From Patescibacteria group bacterium (lineage in GTDB: Bacteria; Patescibacteriota; UBA1384; XYA2-FULL-43-10; 1-14-0-10-43-13): a stretch of 64,000 nt of DNA. The stretch lies in the NCBI GenBank assembly GCA_041671645.1, contig JBAZBD010000001.1, positions 337,217 to 401,216 on the forward strand. The letters are read 5' to 3'. Under the pieces are notes generated by a model, which made no database searches, was not told the DNA's origin, and worked only from the letters and a program-made list of their open reading frames with translations. This document shows, piece after piece, positions 61,235 through 64,000 of the stretch (position 1 is the stretch's first letter; every line of letters begins with the position of its first letter). The position numbers were made by a program, and so were the translations under genes.

Positions 61235-62503
61235 ATGAAATATCATTTGATCGGAGATCAGGGCGTCTCGATGAGAGGCCTTGCGAAATATTTAAGCCAT
61301 CTGGGTCATACCGTCTCAGGCTCGGATTTGAAGACGGGTGGACACAGTGCTGCCAATGTCCCTTTTGGCGCAGATGTAGTTGTCAGAACTTCAGCCGTTA
61401 GCCCGGGGTCACCTGGTTGGGTAGAGGTGGATCAAGCCGAAAAGCAGGGTGCCAAAGTGATCAAACGCTCTAAGCTAATAGGACAGTTGACCGAAAACAA
61501 ACGCCTTATCGCCATCTCTGGCATGCATGGCAAGACTACTGTCACTTCGATGGCTGGCTTGGTTTTGGAAGCGGCTGGATTTGACCCTACAGTACTGGTC
61601 GGAGACCAGGTATTAGACTTCAACAACGACGTGATTAGGATAGGCCAGAGCGATTGGTTCGTCCTCGAGGCCTGCGAATACGACAGAAGCTTCCTCGATT
61701 TTCATCCTGAAATTCTGATTCTGACCAATATTGAAGAGGAGCATCTCGACACTTATCCAGGCGGTTTGCCAGAGATCAAAAAAGCTTTCTCAACATATCT
61801 AGAAAACGTATCTCCGAAGGGAACTATTATTGCCTGCAAGGACGACGATAATGTAAGGGAAGTAATTGAACAGTCCGAAACAAAAGCCAAGGTAATCTGG
61901 TACGGAAATCATACTGAGTATGACAAATTAGATTTTCAGCTTTCTGTCCCCGGAGTTCATAATTCGCTAAACGCCTTGGCCGTTAAGGCTCTGGCTGATT
62001 GTCTGGGGATTGATGGAAAAATAGTCGCGACTGCTCTATCCAAGTTCCAGGGCGCCCACAGAAGATTCGAACTCCTGGGTAATTTCCAAGGTGCGGACTT
62101 GATTGATGATTATGGTCATCATCCCACAGAGATAAAAGCGACTTTGGCCGCATTGAAGGAGAGATATCACGACAAGAAAAGAATCGTTGTCTTCTGGCCG
62201 CATCAATACAAACGCATTCTTCCTTTGCTTGATGAATTTGCTGCAAGTTTTCATGACGCAGATCTGACAATTCTAAAACCTATCTTTTTCGTCCCAGGCC
62301 GGGACGAAGAGCTGCCAGTTAGCTCACAAGATTTGGTCAAGAAGATAAACGACCGAGGAGACAGGGCCAAATTTATCGAAACCGACCAGGAGATTGCAGA
62401 ATTTCTGACCAAGGAATTGGACAAAGACTCCGTTCTTCTCACCATCGGCATACCTCCAGTCTACAAAATTTCAGAGATTTTATTGGGAGGCAAAAATGAC
62501 TGA
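61235..62503 (+). CDS. murC: UDP-MurNAc:L-Ala ligase
   Basis: G.HGKTT, EACEY, RRFE, DDYGHHPTE. Confidence 0.93.
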   Translation: MKYHLIGDQGVSMRGLAKYLSHLGHTVSGSDLKTGGHSAANVPFGADVVVRTSAVSPGSPGWVEVDQAEKQGAKVIKRSKLIGQLTENKRLIAISGMHGKTTVTSMAGLVLEAAGFDPTVLVGDQVLDFNNDVIRIGQSDWFVLEACEYDRSFLDFHPEILILTNIEEEHLDTYPGGLPEIKKAFSTYLENVSPKGTIIACKDDDNVREVIEQSETKAKVIWYGNHTEYDKLDFQLSVPGVHNSLNALAVKALADCLGIDGKIVATALSKFQGAHRRFELLGNFQGADLIDDYGHHPTEIKATLAALKERYHDKKRIVVFWPHQYKRILPLLDEFAASFHDADLTILKPIFFVPGRDEELPVSSQDLVKKINDRGDRAKFIETDQEIAEFLTKELDKDSVLLTIGIPPVYKISEILLGGKND

Positions 62504-63437
62504 TATGAAAAATTATTTTATTCGTGAATTGGGCGATGAGGTCAAGTTCAATGTCCCGCTCAAGGACTTCGTCAGTTTGAAAGTAGGGGGCGCGGCCGAA
62601 ATGTTTTATGAGGCCAAAGATATTGAATCACTGACCAAGGCAATCGTAGCGGCCGACAAGAAGAGTATTCCCTTTTTCGTACTTGGCGGGGGCTACAATA
62701 TCGTCCCATCCGATGCCGGTGTGGCAGGACTAGTGATCAAAAATTCAAGCAGTAATATTATTCTAACTCCTGAATCCTCAGTTGTGATCGCCGATTCAGG
62801 AGTCTCTCTGGGTAGACTGATCAATTTAGCGGCTGGGCGTGACTTGGGGGGACTGGAGTTCCTGGCGGGCATCCCAAGCACTGTCGGCGGCGCGATTTAT
62901 GGCAACGCTGGATCGCCGAGCTCCACAATCGGAGAGTATGTCAAATCAGTCACAATGCTCGTGAAAAAGGATGATAAGTTGGTGATCGAGAAGCACGACA
63001 AAGAGTGGATGCAATTCGGATATAGGACTTCTAGGCTCAAGAAAAATAAGAGCAAAGACGCTTTTACCCCAGTGATATTGACCGCTACTCTCCAGCTAAT
63101 TCGCCGTCGAAAAGACGAAATCATGCAATCAATGAAAGAGACTATCCATATGAAAAAGAAGAATCAGCCGCTGGACGAATCTTCGGCGGGTAGCTTCTTT
63201 CGAAATCCTGGAATTGGCAAGGAGATGGCAGCTGGATATTTACTTGAAAAATCTGGAGCCAAAAAAATGAAAATTGGCGGGGCAACTTTTTCCCGCAAAC
63301 ACGCCAATTTCCTGGTCAACAAGAAGCGAGCCTCTGCCGATGATATCCGACTCTTGGCCGAAAAGGCCAAGCTGGCCGTGGCTGATAAGTGCGGTGTCAA
63401 CCTGGAAGAGGAAGTGGAATATATTGGTCAGTGGTGA
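62496..63437 (+). CDS. murB: UDP-N-acetylenolpyruvoylglucosamine reductase
   Basis: GG.A, GLEF..GIP..VGGA..NAG, SAGSFFRNP, KHANF. Confidence 0.95.
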   Translation: MTDMKNYFIRELGDEVKFNVPLKDFVSLKVGGAAEMFYEAKDIESLTKAIVAADKKSIPFFVLGGGYNIVPSDAGVAGLVIKNSSSNIILTPESSVVIADSGVSLGRLINLAAGRDLGGLEFLAGIPSTVGGAIYGNAGSPSSTIGEYVKSVTMLVKKDDKLVIEKHDKEWMQFGYRTSRLKKNKSKDAFTPVILTATLQLIRRRKDEIMQSMKETIHMKKKNQPLDESSAGSFFRNPGIGKEMAAGYLLEKSGAKKMKIGGATFSRKHANFLVNKKRASADDIRLLAEKAKLAVADKCGVNLEEEVEYIGQW

Positions 63438-63447
63438 GGAGGCATAG

Positions 63448-64000
63448 ATAATCAAGCAACATAATTATCGCAAATATCGCTCGTCGCTCATATTCGAGCC
63501 CAAAGAGGAGAAGAAAATTTCTTTCTCTTTTAAAAGTCTCAAATATTTTTTGGTTGTTGCGATCCTCGGGTACCTTGTTTATTTTGTCCTCTTCTCCCCA
63601 AGATTTTATATCCAAGACGTTCTTGTCGAGGGAAGTAGTCTGGTCTCAAAGGATCAGATTATAGCCGAGGTTCCTCGGGGCAATATTTTTCGGCTCAATG
63701 TGACCGCATTAAAATCGAAGTTAGTTCGCGACTTTCCGGAAATCCGAGAAGTCGAAGTATTCCGCGGCATACCCAACGCTCTTAAAATTGTGATCAACGA
63801 GCGGGATGGCAAAATCGTCTGGCAAAGTGGAGAAAATAAATATTTGGTCAGTAGCCAGGGTGAGGTGACGAGGCAAGTTGTGGGAGCTGAGGGCGACAAG
63901 TTGCCGATAGTTGTCGACAAGAAGGGCCTCTCGGTCAAGCCAGGGCAACTTTTGGCTTCGCCAAACCTGATTGCTTTTGTCGTCAATATTCAGAGTGGAC
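63448..64000 (+). CDS. ftsQ: Cell division protein FtsQ/DivIB (partial; probable non-canonical start)
   Basis: Frame open to the window end: TM, then FSPRFYIQDVLVEG...FPEIREV....P..L.I.I.ER POTRA pattern. Confidence 0.8.
   Translation, partial: MIKQHNYRKYRSSLIFEPKEEKKISFSFKSLKYFLVVAILGYLVYFVLFSPRFYIQDVLVEGSSLVSKDQIIAEVPRGNIFRLNVTALKSKLVRDFPEIREVEVFRGIPNALKIVINERDGKIVWQSGENKYLVSSQGEVTRQVVGAEGDKLPIVVDKKGLSVKPGQLLASPNLIAFVVNIQSG

Overview
64 kb of a small-genome bacterial chromosome. The gene content and style (divergent unlinked rRNAs, short ProRS, alpha2-type GlyRS, truncated UvrC, tandem type IV pilins, group 3b-like hydrogenase, many orphan ORFs) suggest Patescibacteria/CPR; this is an inference. 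The backbone is housekeeping: prfA(partial)-rpmE, rpsB-tsf-pyrH-frr-rseP-proS, uvrC-yvcK-tpiA-gap-hypC, a four-gene NiFe sulfhydrogenase operon divergent from pgk-fba-pfkB, tig-clpP, mutM, recO, glyQS and the dcw cluster (mraZ to ftsQ, lacking rsmH, murE and ddl). The rRNA operon is split: 16S and 23S-5S lie about 10 kb apart with separate promoters, and tRNA-Ile and an inverted tRNA-Ala sit among protein genes between them. The most unusual observations are: (1) an unannotated 16-aa CxxCxxC peptide gene with its own promoter, RBS and terminator behind a PadR regulator; (2) a roughly 226-nt multi-hairpin structured element in the usual place of rsmH after mraZ; (3) orphan single-gene units flanked by duplicated host sequence (tsf 3' end plus a duplicated 48-bp promoter, tRNA-Ile 3' half, 16S terminator, a degenerate tRNA-Ala end), which hints at a cassette-type gene acquisition process; (4) a hydrogenase large subunit with no cleavable C-terminal extension; (5) a FabZ-like and an apolipoprotein-like protein; (6) frequent leaderless genes and a probable non-canonical ftsQ start. 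No CRISPR array, integrase or transposase was seen.
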